Positions 11,870 to 29,834 of a DNA stretch of 64,000 nt are shown in pieces. Where the stretch lies: the NCBI GenBank assembly GCA_964016885.1, contig OZ024742.1:184016001-184080000 (forward strand), written 5' to 3'. Origin of the DNA: Eledone cirrhosa (taxonomy: Eukaryota). Numbering within the stretch: the first letter of the stretch is position 1; each line of letters starts with the position of its first letter. The notes beneath the pieces are model-generated. The model made no database searches. It was not told the DNA's origin and saw nothing but the letters and a program-made list of their open reading frames with translations. The position numbers and the translations under genes were made by a program.

Positions 11870-14800
11870 AACCACCGCCATTACCACCAACACCACCACC
11901 GCCATTACCACCAGCAACAACACCACCATTACCACCAACACAACCACCACCATTACCACCACCAACAACACCACCAACAACACCACCAACAACACCACCA
12001 CTACCACCAACAATAGCACCAAAAATACCACCACCACTGCCACCAAAAATACCACCGCCACTACCACCACCAACAACACCACCACTACCACCAAAAATAC
12101 CACCGCCACTACCACCAACAACACCACCGCCATTACCACCAACACAACCACCACCATTACCACCACCAACAACACCACCACTACCACCAAAAATACCACC
12201 GCCACTACCACCAACAACACCACCGCCATTACCACCAACAACACCACCACCATTACCACCACCAACAACACCACCACTACCACCAAAAATACCACCGCCA
12301 CTACCACCAACAACAACACCGCCATTACCACCAAAAATACCACCGCCACTACCACCAACAACAACACCGCCACTACCACCAAAAATACCACCGCCATTAC
12401 CACCAACACAACCACCACCATTATCACCAGCAAAACCACTACCAATACCATGAACACCACCACCATTACCACCAACAACACCACCACCATTACCACCAAC
12501 AACACCACCACCATTACCTCCAACAACACCACCACCATTACCACCAACAACACCACCACCATTACCACCAACAACACCACCACCATTACCACCAACAACA
12601 CCACCACCATTACCTCCAACAACACCACCACCAGTACCACCAACAACACCACCACCATTACCTCCAACAACACCACCACCATTACCACCAACAACACCAC
12701 CACCATTACCACCAACAACACCACCACCAGTACCACCAACAACACCACCACCATTACCACCAACAACACCACCACCATTACCACCAACAACACCACCACC
12801 ATTACCTCCAACAACACCACCACCATTACCACCAACAACACCACCACCATTACCACCAACAACACCACCACCAGTACCACCAACAACACCACCACCATTA
12901 CCACCAACAACACCACCACCATTACCACCAACAACACCACCACCATTACCTCCAACAACACCACCACCATTACCACCAACAACACCACCACCATTACCAC
13001 CAACAACACCACCACCAGTACCACCAACAACGCCACCACCATTACCACCAACAACACCACCACCATTACCTCCATTAACACCACCATCATTACTACCAAC
13101 AACAACACTACCACCATTACCACCAACAACACCACCACCATTACCTCCATTAACACCACCACCATTACCACCAACAACACCACCACCATTACCACCAACA
13201 AGGCCACCACCATTACCACCAACAACACCACCACCAGTACCACCAACAACACCACCACCATTACCACCAACAACACCACCACCATTACCACCAACAACAC
13301 CACCACCATTACCTCCAACAACACCACCACCATTACCACCAACAACACCACCACCATTACCACCAACAACACCACCACCAGTACCACCAACAACGCCACC
13401 ACCATTACCACCAACAACACCACCACCATTACCTCCATTAACACCACCATCATTACTACCAACAACAACACTACCACCATTACCACCAACAACACCACCA
13501 CCATTACCTCCATTAACACCACCACCATTACCACCAACAACACCACCACCATTACCACCAACAAGGCCACCACCATTACCACCAACAACACCACCACCAT
13601 TACCACCAACAACACCACCACCATTACTACCAACAACAACACTACCACCATTACCACCAACAACACCACCACCATTACCACCAACAACACCACCACCATT
13701 ACTACCAACAACAACACTACCACCATTACCACCATTACCACCAACAACACCACCACCATTACCTCCAACAACACCACCACCATTACCACCAACAACACCA
13801 CCACCATTACCACCAACAACACCACCACCATTACTACCAACAACAACACTACCACCATTACCACCAACAACACCACCACCAACAACACCACCAACAACAC
13901 CACCACCATTACCTCCATTAACACCACCACCATTACCACCAACAACACCACCACCATTACCACCAACAACACCACCACCATTACCTCCAACAACACCACC
14001 ACCATTACCATCAACAACAACACCACCAGCATTACCACCAACAACACCACCACCATTACCACCAACAACACCACCACCATTACCACCAACAACACCACCA
14101 CCATTACTACCAACAACAACACTACCACCATTACCACCAACAACACCACTACCAACAACACCACCAACAACACCACCACCATTACCTCCAACAACAACAC
14201 CACCATTACCACCAACAACACCACCACCAACAACACCACCAACAACACCACCACCATTACCTCCAACAACACCACCACCATTACCACCAACAACACCACC
14301 ACCATTACCAACAATAACACCACCACCATTACCTCCAACAACACCACCACCAGTACCACCAACACCACCACCGCCATTACCACCAACAACACCACCAACA
14401 TTACCACCAACATTACCTCCATTAACACCACCACCATTACCACCAACAACACCACCACCATTACCAACAACAACACCACCACCATTACCTCCAACAACAC
14501 CACCACCATTACCATCAACAACAACACCACCACCATTACCACCAACAACACCACCACCATTACCACCAACAACACCACCACCATTACCACCAACAACACC
14601 ACCACCATTACTACCAACAACAACACTACCACCATTACCACCAACAACACCACCACCAACAACACCACCAACAACACCACCACCATTACCACCAACAACA
14701 CCACCACCATTACCTCCAACAACAACACCACCATTACCACCAACAACACCACCACCAACAACACCACCAACAACACCACCACCATTACCTCCAACAACAC

Positions 14801-17800
14801 CACCACCATTACCACCAACAACACCACCACCATTACCAACAATAACACCACCACCATTACCTCCAACAACACCACCACCAGTACCACCAACACCACCACC
14901 GCCATTACCACCAACAACACCACCAACACCACCACCACCATTACGACCAACAACACCACCGCCATTACCACCAACAACACCACCGCCATTACCACGAACA
15001 ACACCACCGCCAGTACCAACAACAACACCACCACCACCATTACCACTAACAACACCACCACCGTTACAACCGCCAACACCACCACCAACATCACCAACAA
15101 CACCACCGCCATTACCAACTCCACCACCATTACCACCAACACCACCACCACCATTACCATCAACAACAACACCGCCATTACCAACAACACCACCAGTACC
15201 AACAACACCACCACCAACAACACCAACAACACCACCACCAACAACACCACCGCCAGTACCAACAACACCACCACCACCAACAACACCACCACCATTACCA
15301 CCAACAACACCACCACCATTACCAACAACAACACCACCACCAACACCACCAACAACACCACCACCATTACCACCAACAACACCACCACCATTACCACCAA
15401 CAACACCACCGCCATTACCACCAACAACACCACCGCCATTACCACCAACAACACCACCGCCATTACCAACACCACCACCATTACCACCAACACCACCACC
15501 ACCACCATTACCATCAACAACAACACCGCCATTACCAACAACACCACCAGTACCAACAACACCACCACCAACACCACCACCAACACCACCACCAACAACA
15601 CCACCGCCAGTACCAACAACACCAACACCATTACCACCAATAACACCACCACCAACAACACCACCACCATTACCACCAACAACACCACCACCAACAACAC
15701 CACCACCAGTACCACCAACAACACCACCACCAACACCACCAACAACACCACCACCATTACCACCAACAACACCACCACCATTACCTCCAACAACACCACC
15801 ACCATTACCACCAACAACACCACCACCATTACGACCAACAACAACACCACCATTACCTCCAACAACAACACCACCACCATTACCACCAACAACACCACCG
15901 CCAGTACCAACAACAACACCACCACCATTACCACCAACAACACCACCGCCAACACCACCAACAACACCACCACCATTACCAACAACAACAACAACACCAT
16001 TACCACCAACAACACCACCGCCAACACCACCAACAATACCACTGCCAGTACCAACAACAACACCACCGCCATCTGCACTATCCCCACCAGCGCCTCAACC
16101 ACCATCCACTGGCACCACCAGCACGCACACCATTAGTATCACCATCACCGGCACACACTAACAGTAACATTAATATCAACAACACCACCACGATCACCAC
16201 CAAAAACACCACCGCCACCACCACCGCAACCACCACCAGCAACACCACCGCCACCACCACCACCACCACCACCGCCAGCAACACCACCACCAACACCACC
16301 AAAAACGTCACCACAACCAGCAAGACCACCTCCGATACCACCACCACCAATACCAGCACCAACACCACCACCACCACCAACACCACCACCACCAACACCA
16401 CCACCAACGCCACCACCAACAACACCACCACCAACACCACCACCACCACCAGCAACACCACCAGCAACACCACCACCAACACCACTACCAACAACACCAC
16501 CAACACCACCACCAACACCACCACGAACAACACCACCAACACCACCAACACCAGCACCAACACCACCACCAACACCACCACCACCACCAACACCACCACC
16601 AACAACTCCACCACCAACACCACCACCAACACCACTACCACCAACACCACCACTACCACCACCAACACCACCACCAACACCGGCACCAACACCACCACCA
16701 CCAACACCACCGCCAACAACACCACCAACAACGCCACCACCAACACCACCACCACCACCAACACCACCACCAAATCCACCACCAACAATACCACCACCAC
16801 CACCACCACACCACCTCCACCAACACCACCACCAACACCACCAAACAACACCACCACCAACACCACCAACAACAACACCACCACCAACACCACCACCACC
16901 AACACCACCTCCACCAACACCACCACCAACACCACCACCAACACCACCACCACAAACACCACCACCAACACCACCACCACCACCACCAACACCACCTCCA
17001 CCAACACCACCACCAGCACCACCACCAACACCACCACCACCAACACCACCACCACCAACACCACCACCAACACCACCACCAAAAACACCACCAGCAACAC
17101 CACCACCACCACCAACACCACCACCAACACCACCACCAACAACACCACCACCAACACCACCACCAACACCACCACCACCACCACCAACACCACCACCAAC
17201 ACCACCAAACAACACCACCACCAACACCACCAACAACAACACCACCACCAACACCACCACCACCACCAACACCACCTCCACCAACACCACCACCAACACC
17301 ACCACCACCACCACCAACACCAACACCACCACCAACACCACCACCAACACCACCACCAACACCACCACCACCAACACCACCACCAACACCACCACCACCA
17401 CCAACACCACCACCAACAACACCACCACCAGTACCACCAACAACACCACCACCATTACCACCAACAACACCACCACCATTACCACCAACAACACCACCAC
17501 CATTACCTCCAACAACACCACCACCATTACCACCAACAAGACCACCACCATTACCACCAACAACACCACCACCAGTACCACCAACAACGCCACCACCATT
17601 ACCACCAACAACACCACCACCATTACCTCCATTAACACCACCACCATTACCACCAACAACACCACCACCATTACCACCAACAACACCACCACCATTACCA
17701 CCAACAACACCACCACCATTACCACCAACAACACCACCATCATTACTACCAACAACAACACTACCACCATTACCACCAACAACACCACCACCATTACCAC

Positions 17801-20800
17801 CAACAACACCACCACCATTACCACCAACAACACCACCACCATTACTGCCAACAACAACACTACCACCATTACCACCAACAACACCACCACCATTACCACC
17901 AACAACACCACCACCATTACCACCAACAACACCACCACCATTACCTCCAACAACACCACCACCATTACCACCAACAACACCACCACCATTACCACCAACA
18001 ACACCACCACCATTACTACCAACAACAACACTACCACCATTACCACCAACAACACCACCACCAACAACACCACCAACAACACCACCACCATTACCTCCAT
18101 TAACACCACCACCATTACCACCAACAACACAACCACCATTACCACCAACAACACCACCACCATTACCTCCAACAACACCACCACCATTACCATCAACAAC
18201 AACACCACCAGCATTACCACCAACAACACCACCACCATTACCACCAACAACACCACCACCATTACCACCAACAACACCACCACCATTACTACCAACAACA
18301 ACACTACCACCATTACCACCAACAACACCACTACCAACAACACCACCAACAACACCACCACCATTACCTCCAACAACAACACCACCATTACCACCAACAA
18401 CACCACCACCAACAACACCACCAACAACACCACCACCATTACCTCCAACAACACCACCACCATTACCACCAACAACACCACCACCATTACCAACAATAAC
18501 ACCACCACCATTACCTCCAACAACACCACCACCAGTACCACCAACACCACCACCGCCATTACCACCAACAACACCACCAACATTACCACCAACACCACCA
18601 CAACCATTACGACCAACAACACCACCGCCATTACCACCAACAACACCACCGCCATTACCACGAACAACACCACCACCATTACCACCAACAACACCACCAC
18701 CATTACTACCAACAACAACACTACCACCATTACCACCAACAACACCACCACCATTACCACCAACAACACCACCACCATTACTGCCAACAACAACACTACC
18801 ACCATTACCACCAACAACACCACCACCATTACCACCAACAACACCACCACCATTACCACCAACAACACCACCACCATTACCTCCAACAACACCACCACCA
18901 TTACCACCAACAACACCACCACCATTACCACCAACAACACCACCACCATTACTACCAACAACAACACTACCACCATTACCACCAACAACACCACCACCAA
19001 CAACACCACCAACAACACCACCAACATTACCTCCATTAACACCACCACCATTACCACCAACAACACCACCACCATTACCACCAACAACACAACCACCATT
19101 ACCTCCAACAACACCACCACCATTACCATCAACAACAACACCACCACCATTACCACCAACAACACCACCACCATTACCACCAACAACACCACCACCATTA
19201 CCACCAACAACACCACCACCATTACTACCAACAACAACACTACCACCATTACCACCAACAACACCACCACCAACAACACCACCAACAACACCACCACCAT
19301 TACCTCCAACAACAACACCACCATTACCACCAACAACACCACCACCAACAACACCACCAACAACACCACCACCATTACCTCCAACAACACCACCACCATT
19401 ACCACCAACAACACCACCACCATTACCACCAACAACACCACCACCATTACCACCAACACCACCACCACCATTACGACCAACAACACCACCGCCATTACCA
19501 CCAACAACACCACCGCCATTACCACGAACAACATCACCGCCAGTACCAACAACAACACCACCACCACCATTACCACTAACAACACCACCACCATTACAAC
19601 CGCCAACACCATCACCAACATCACCAACAACACCACCGCCATTACCAACTCCACCACCATTACCACCAACACCACCACCACCATTACCATCAACAACAAC
19701 ACCGCCATTACCAACAACACCACCAGTACCAACAACACCACCACCAACAACACCAACAACACCACCACCAACAACACCACCGCCAGTACCAACAACACCA
19801 CCACCAACAACAACACCACCACCATTACCACCAACAACACCACCACCATTACCAACAACAACACCACCACCAACACCACCAACAACACCACCACCATTAC
19901 CACCAACAACACCACCACCATTACCACCAACAACACCACCGCCATTACCACCAACAACACCACCGCCATTACCACCAACAACACCACCGCCATTACCAAC
20001 ACCACCACCATTACCACCAACACCACCACCACCACCATTACCATCAACAACAACACCGCCATTACCAACAACACCACCAGTACCAACAACACCACCACCA
20101 ACACCACCACCAACACCACCACCAACAACACCACCGCCAGTACCAACAACACCAACACCATTACCACCAATAACACCACCACCAACAACACCACCACCAT
20201 TACCACCAACAACACCACCACCAACAACACCACCACCAGTACCACCAACAACACCACCACCAACACCACCAACAACACCACCACCATTACCACCAACAAC
20301 ACCACCACCATTACCTCCAACAACACCACCACCATTACCACCAACAACACCACCACCATTACCAGCAACAACAACACCACCATTACCTCCAACAACAACA
20401 CCACCACCATTACCACCAACAACACCACCGCCAGTACCAACAACAACACCACCACCATTACCACCAACAACACCAACAACAACACCACCACCATTACCAA
20501 CAACAACAACAACAACACCATTACCACCAACAACACCACCGCCAACACCACCAACAATACCACTGCCAGTACCAACAACAACACCACCGCCATCTGCACT
20601 ATCCCCACCAGCGCCTCAACCACCATCCACTGGCACCACCAGCACGCACACCATTAGTATCACCATCACCGGCACACACTAACAGTAACATTACTATCAA
20701 CAACACCACCACGATCACCACCAACAACACCACCGCCACCACCACCGCAACCACCACCAGCAACACCACCGCCACCACCACCACCACCACCACCGCCAGC

Positions 20801-23800
20801 AACACCACCACCAACACCACCAAAAACGTCACCACAACCAGCAAGACCACCTCCGATACCACCACCACCAATACCAGCACCAACACCACCACCACCACCA
20901 ACACCACCACCACCAACACCACCACCAACGCCACCACCAACAACACCACCACCAACAACACCATCACCACCAGCAACACCACCAGCAACACCACCACCAA
21001 CACCACTACCAACAACACCACCAACACCACCACCAACACCACCACGAACAACACCACCAACACCACCAACACCAGCACCAACACCACCACCAACACCACC
21101 ACCACCACCAACACCACCACCAACAACTCCACCCCCAACACCACCACCAACACCACTACCACCAACACCACCACTACCACCACCAACACCACCACCAACA
21201 CCGGCACCAACACCACCACCACCAACACCACCACCAACAACACCACCAACAACGCCACCACCAACACCACCACCACCAACACCACCACCAAATCCACCAC
21301 CAACAATACCACCACCACCACCACCACCACACCACCTCCACCAACACCACCACCAACACCACCAAACAACACCACCACCAACACCACCAACAACAACACC
21401 ACCACCAACACCACCACCACCAACACCACCTCCACCAACACCACCACCAACACCACCACCAACACCACCACCACCAACACCACCACCAACACCACCACCA
21501 CCACCACCAACACCACCTCCACCAACACCACCACCAGCACCACCACCAACACCACCACCACCAACACCACCACCACCAACACCACCACCAACACCACCAC
21601 CAAAAACACCACCAGCAACACCACCACCACCACCAACACCACCACCAACACCACCACCAACAACACCACCACCAACACCACCACCAACACCACCACCACC
21701 ACCACCAACACCACCACCAACACCACCAAACAACACCACCACCAACACCACCAACAACAACACCACCACCAACACCACCACCACCAACACCACCTCCACC
21801 AACACCACCACCAACACCACCACCACCACCACCAACACCAACACCACCACCAACACCACCACCAACACCACCACCAACACCACCACCACCAACACCACCA
21901 CCAACATCACCACCACCACCAACACCACCACCAACAACACCACCACCAACACCAACACCAACACCACCACCACCACCACCAGAAACACCACCAACGACAC
22001 TACCACCAACACCACCACCACCACCAACACCACCACCACCAACACCACCACCAACACTACCACCAACACCACCACCAACAACACCACCACCACCACCAAC
22101 ACCCCCACCACCACCAACACCACCACCACCAACACCACCACCACCACCAACACCACCACCACCAACACCACCACCAACACCACCACCAACAACACCACCA
22201 CCACCACCAACACCACCACCAACACCACCACCACCAACAACACCAGCACCAACACCACCACCACCAACACCACCACCACCACCAACACCACCACCAACAC
22301 CACCACCAGCAACACCACCACCACCACCACCAACACCACCACCAACACCACCACCAGCAACACCACCACCACCACCACCAACACCACCACCAACAACACC
22401 AGCAATACCACCACCAACAACAACAACACCACCAACAACACCACCACCACCAACAACACCACCACCAACACCACCACCACCAACACCACCACCACCACCA
22501 ACACCACCACCAACACCACCACCAGCAACTCCACCACCACCAACACCACCACCACCAACACCACCACCAGCAACACCACCAACACCAACACCACCACCAA
22601 CACCACCACCAACACGACCACCACCACCAACACCAACACCACCACTAACAACACCACCAACACCACCACCACCAACACCACCACCAACAACACCACCACC
22701 AACACCACCACCACCACCACCAACAATACCACCACCAACACCACCACCACCACCACCAACACCACCACCAACACCACCACAAACATCATCACCAACACCA
22801 CCACGTACAACGGCAGCACCAGCATCTACAACACCACCAACAACACCACCACCAGCACTATCACCAACACCACCACCACCAACACCAGCACCAACAACAC
22901 CACCACCAACACCATCACCAACACCACCACCACCAACACCAGCACCAACAACACCACCACCAACACCATCACCAACACCACCACATACATCAGCAGCACC
23001 AGCACCAACACCACCACCAAGAACACCATCACCAACACCACCACATACATCAGCAACACCACCACCAACACCACCACCAACAACACCATCACCAACACCA
23101 CCACATACATCAGCAACACCACCACCAACAACACCACCACCAACACCATCACCAACACCACCACATACATCAGCAACACCACCACCAACAACACCACCAC
23201 CAACACCATCACCAACACCACCACATACATCAGCAACACCACCACCAACACCACCACCAACAACACCATCACCAACACCACCACATACATCAGCAACACC
23301 ACCACCAACAACACCACCACCAACACCATCACCAACACCACCACATACATCAGCAACACCACCACCAACAACACCACCACCAACACCATCACCAACACCA
23401 CCACATACATCAGCAACACCACCACCAACACCACCACCAACAACACCATCACCAACACCACCACATACATCAGCAACACCACCACCAACAACACCACCAC
23501 CAACACCATCACCAACACCACCACATACATCAGCAACACCACCACCAACACCACCACCAACAACACCATCACCAACACCACCACATACATCAGCAACACC
23601 ACCACCAACACCACCACCACCAACACCATCACCAACACCACCACATACATCAGCAACACCACCACCAACAACACCACCACCAACACCATCACCAACACCA
23701 CCACATACATCAGCAACACCACCACCAACAACACCACCACCAACACCATCACCAACACCACCACATACATCAGCAACACCACCACCAACAACACCACCAC

Positions 23801-23968
23801 CAACACCACCAACACCACCACATACATCAGCAACACCACCACCAACACCACCACCAACAACACCATCACCAACACCACCACATACATCAGCAACACCACC
23901 ACCAACAACACCAACACCAACACCACCAACACCACCACATACATCAGCAGCAGCAGCACCAACAACAT
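11870..23968. repeat. ~12 kb (ACC/AAC)n complex satellite with 24-bp, 60-bp and ~4.5-kb periodicities
   Basis: 24-mer ACCACCAACAACACCACCACCATT. Unique marker ATCTGCACTATCCCC at 16071 and 20592 (offset 4521). A 60-bp CCACATACATCAGC array spans ~22980-23950. Confidence 0.9.
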
Positions 23969-24047
23969 GTAACCTTACATCAGAAGCGTTTCACATCTAT
24001 ATATCTATCTAGCACACAATTCCAGGTTTATACGTCTGTTCTTATAA

Positions 24048-24132
<85 letters not shown>

Positions 24133-24158
24133 TACATATTTATATACGTACATACATT

Positions 24159-24213
<55 letters not shown>

Positions 24214-24237
24214 ATATATATATACGTACATACATTC

Positions 24238-24380
<143 letters not shown>

Positions 24381-24893
24381 TACATACACACTCACACATA
24401 TGTAGAGAGGAAAGGAGAGAGTGGGAAATAAAGTGAGAAATACGTAGCGATAAGAGATGTATATATATATATATATGTATGTGTCTGTGTGTGTGTGTGT
24501 ATGTGTGTCTGTGTGTGCCTGCGTGCGTGTGCGCGCGCGCGCGCGTGTGTTTATACACACGCTTATATATATATATATATTCCCTCGAAATTGCTAGTTT
24601 TAACAAGAAACCTCTGGTTGCCTTGCTAACATACATACAACATACAACCAACATAGAGGCAACAACACGTTTGACTTTCTCAAGTTACAAGCGGCGGGCA
24701 GCAAGCAATCGGCGTCAGCAGCCATTAGATCTTCAACTATTTTCTCTAGTTGTTTACTGTATATCAAATAGCTTCCCTATCGATCTCTGCATTACTTCAA
24801 TTGCAACCACAACTATTTCAGCCTTTCAATGTTTCTACTATACACTTTTCCTTTTTGGTCTTGTTATTTTTATTGTTATATATGTGTGTGCAT

Positions 24894-25016
<123 letters not shown>

Positions 25017-25352
25017 AGAATAAAGACACACATATATATATATATGAGTATTTGTTTGTTGTGTTTATCTATTCCATTTATCTATTTTCTCTCCAACCTC
25101 ATTTCCTGCTTAAATAAATAAGAAACATAATACATACATACATACATACACATATATTTATATATATTTATATATATACATATATTTATATATATACATA
25201 TATTTATATATACATATATATATATACATATACATATATTCATATATACATATATATATATACATATATATACATATATACACACATATATATATATACA
25301 TATATACAAATATACACACATATACATATATATATACATACATATGTATATA

Positions 25353-25388
<36 letters not shown>

Positions 25389-25559
25389 CATACATACATA
25401 CATATATACATATATATATACATATATGTATACATACATTTATACATACATATATATATATATACATATATATCTATATATCTATATACATATATATACA
25501 TATATATATATTTATATATATATATATATATATATACATATATATCTATATATCTATAT

Positions 25560-25610
<51 letters not shown>

Positions 25611-25613
<3 letters not shown>

Positions 25614-25686
25614 GCCTTGTCTGACGAACGAATGAGGCCGTTTCTTGTATTCGTCTTATTCGGGAAACCCCTGGTAATGAGGTAAT
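25611..25686 (+). ncRNA. Type I hammerhead ribozyme filling a ~100-bp island between (TA)n arrays
   Basis: ATTGCCTTGT-CTGACGA-[ACGAATGAGGC..GTCTTATTCGG]-GAAAC-CCCTG-GTA/ATGAGGTAAT. Stem I is 10 bp including G-U pairs. Confidence 0.8.
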
Positions 25687-25708
25687 TATATAGTATTGTT
25701 TATTATAC

Positions 25709-25780
<72 letters not shown>

Positions 25781-26460
25781 AAAGGTAAACAGAAATAACA
25801 ACACAATCGGTACAGTATATGGAAGGTATATATTAGGTTAACGCCTGATATAGCAGGAAGAGGGTCTTAACGTTTCGGACGCATATATATATATATATAT
25901 CTATATATATATATATATGTGTATATATATATATATATATGTGTTTGTCTGTGTGTGTGTGTGTGTGTGTGAGTGTGTGTTTATGAGTGTGTGGGGTGGT
26001 GGTGGTGCAAACGCATTTTTTACTCTCACCACTTTGTTTATTTTCACCACACGCTCATACATATAAATACACACATGCGTGCACCCGCACACATATACAT
26101 ATACACATACACACTCACTCACACATACACTGTTAGATACACACACGTTTGTTTACACATAAACACAAATGTAATATATAAATACACACCCTACTTTTTC
26201 GTCTCTCCCTGTCATTTTTAAACTCTTTTACTGATTTACAAAAAATAAATATTTATATAAAATGTGGTTTAAATTTTTCATAAGAAATTACACAGATAAA
26301 GAAATATCGATCTTTGAAACAATTTCATATCAATAAAATTATGATAAACCAAATTATTAATCCCAATATAAGTAATTTAATATCAAGAGTTCTTTATATT
26401 TTCCTATCTATCTAACTATCAATCTTTTCCCCTCTCTCATATCTCGTATGCTCCCCTCAC

Positions 26461-26508
<48 letters not shown>

Positions 26509-26603
26509 AGCATACACACTCACACAACACATATATATATATATATATATAACACAAAGCGAGAACGAGGGCGCATTCTACTGACATGGCTTATAAAAGA
26601 GGT

Positions 26604-26676
<73 letters not shown>

Positions 26677-27018
26677 CACATATACATATATATATATTTT
26701 CATATTAAGGCTAAATAGTGAGTCTTGTTACTCTGGAGTATTAGCCATAACAAAGTGAATATTAAAACTCTACTTTGGTATTGAGTATCTTTTCTCTCAA
26801 CCGTCAACCACATACGGATATATATACATATATGCATATATATATGCATATATATACGCATATGTGTGTACTACAGCAAAACGTGTTGAATTCTACTTTG
26901 TTTAGTAGTTTTGCCGGTCTCCAAACCGCTGACGGATATAAATATATATTGAAAGCTCGGTTTTTGTGAGTCACTACTCAGAGTTTCTCGTTCCGAATGC
27001 GTATGAGAGAGAGACAGA

Positions 27019-27104
<86 letters not shown>

Positions 27105-27146
27105 GTGTGTGCGTGGGTGGGTGTGGGTGTGTGTGTGCGTGCGTGG

Positions 27147-27198
<52 letters not shown>

Positions 27199-27447
27199 GA
27201 TGGAGTTAAAAATATCGAGATAACATTACTAGAAAAAAGTAAAAATATCAAAGCCAAGGAGATCGGAATGTTATATTGGAAATATTTAATATTAAACATT
27301 TCCAAGGTAACATTCCGATTTGCTTGACATTTTTTCATTTTCTTTTTCTAGTATTGTTACCTCGATATTTATAACTCCATTTGCACACATATAAACTCAC
27401 ACACACATTATTTATAGATATATATATATATATATATGCACGTATTC

Positions 27448-27499
<52 letters not shown>

Positions 27500-27514
27500 C
27501 ATATATATATATAT

Positions 27515-27606
<92 letters not shown>

Positions 27607-27678
27607 ATAAACAATAATAAGCTCTGTAACGTACATAGAGCACTCTCTTTTCCTGGACCTTTCCGACGGAATTACTTC

Positions 27679-27774
<96 letters not shown>

Positions 27775-27782
27775 TATATATT

Positions 27783-27815
<33 letters not shown>

Positions 27816-28108
27816 TATATATATTATATATTTATACATATATATATATATATTTATATATATTATATATTTATGAGAGACTGCTGCTATAGTAACAGTC
27901 CAGCTGCTGTCTTCTTAACAAACCACTTTCCACTGATTGACCTCGATGTCACGTGATTGATTCTTTGGAATTTGCCACCGACGCAGTAGGCAGTGATTTT
28001 CTCAATGGCTAGGAATTTAGTCCACGCTTTGCTTTTTTCCATCCACTGAATTATTTTTGTATAAGTTCCCTGTGTCCACGTATTGCCTGGAAACTTAGCT
28101 GAGAATAG

Positions 28109-28165
28109 ACTTCCCTGATGACGAAAGTATGTTTATTCCCTTTCAGAAACTAATTAGTTGGGAGT
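28109..28165 (+). ncRNA. Type I hammerhead ribozyme in element ~27875-28340
   Basis: ACTTCC-CTGATGA-[CGAAAG..CTTTCA]-GAAAC-TAATTA-GTT/GGGAGT, with palindrome AACTAATTAGTT. The element's 3' part recurs inverted at ~30030-30190. Confidence 0.8.
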
Positions 28166-28351
28166 GAAATTTTAGTAAGTAAGTTAATTTTATAATTTTC
28201 TTATTTTACGTCTCTCATATTATTGTTCTGCAACCCCATGCATTGAACCACAAAGTTACTAAGACAAAACCTATATATTTGCTAGCATAAGTATGCATCT
28301 GTGTATATATATGTTACTAGATATACTAATTTCTTTATAATATTATATATT

Positions 28352-28382
<31 letters not shown>

Positions 28383-28414
28383 TATTATATATTATATATT
28401 TATATATATATTTA

Positions 28415-28465
<51 letters not shown>

Positions 28466-28726
28466 AATATATAATATATATAAATATATACATATATTAA
28501 TATATAATAAATATAAATATATAATAAATATAAATATATAATATATATAAATATATATATATAAATATATAATATATATAAATATATATATATATATGGA
28601 AAGTTATATTTAAATTGTTGGGTTACAACTAGTAAATATTTATAACTGATATAAAAGCACTCAACAAGTATTTGGAGTATATTTACGATATTAAATAAAT
28701 GGAAACTATATTTATAAAACCATATT

Positions 28727-28792
28727 TATTTCATTATATATATTTCAGGGATATCATATTAACAATATGTTATGCCTTCTTCAGACAAAATA
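28727..28792 (-). ncRNA. Type I hammerhead (mirror copy in palindrome)
   Basis: Reverse complement of 28932-28997. Confidence 0.75.
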
Positions 28793-28931
28793 CAATATAG
28801 ACAATTTTATAGATAAATAGATTTGACATACCGTTCAACATCGACTTGTATTTGAAAAATCAACTTTTTCAAATACAAGTCGATGTTGAACGGTATGTCA
28901 AATCTATTTATCTATAAAACTGTCTATATTG

Positions 28932-28997
28932 TATTTTGTCTGAAGAAGGCATAACATATTGTTAATATGATATCCCTGAAATATATATAATGAAATA
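28932..28997 (+). ncRNA. Type I hammerhead ribozyme
   Basis: TATTTTGT-CTGAAGA-[AGGCATAACATATT..AATATGATATCCCT]-GAAA-TATAT-ATA/ATGAAATA. Confidence 0.75.
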
Positions 28998-29037
28998 AAT
29001 ATGGTTTTATAAATATAGTTTCCATTTATTTAATATC

Positions 29038-29834
<797 letters not shown>

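Larger units (their letters stand above)
28684..29040. repeat. 176-bp-arm near-perfect palindrome (5-nt loop 28860-28864)
   Basis: Arms 28684-28859 and 28865-29040 are reverse complements, with one mismatch seen. Confidence 0.95.

Noticed and set aside
22980-23950. Regular 60-bp array as a possible CRISPR-like array
   Set aside because: No unique spacers, eukaryotic context, no cas genes.
11855-23968. Very long Val/Leu/Met ORFs on the minus strand
   Set aside because: Antisense reading of the (ACC/AAC)n satellite, with implausible composition.
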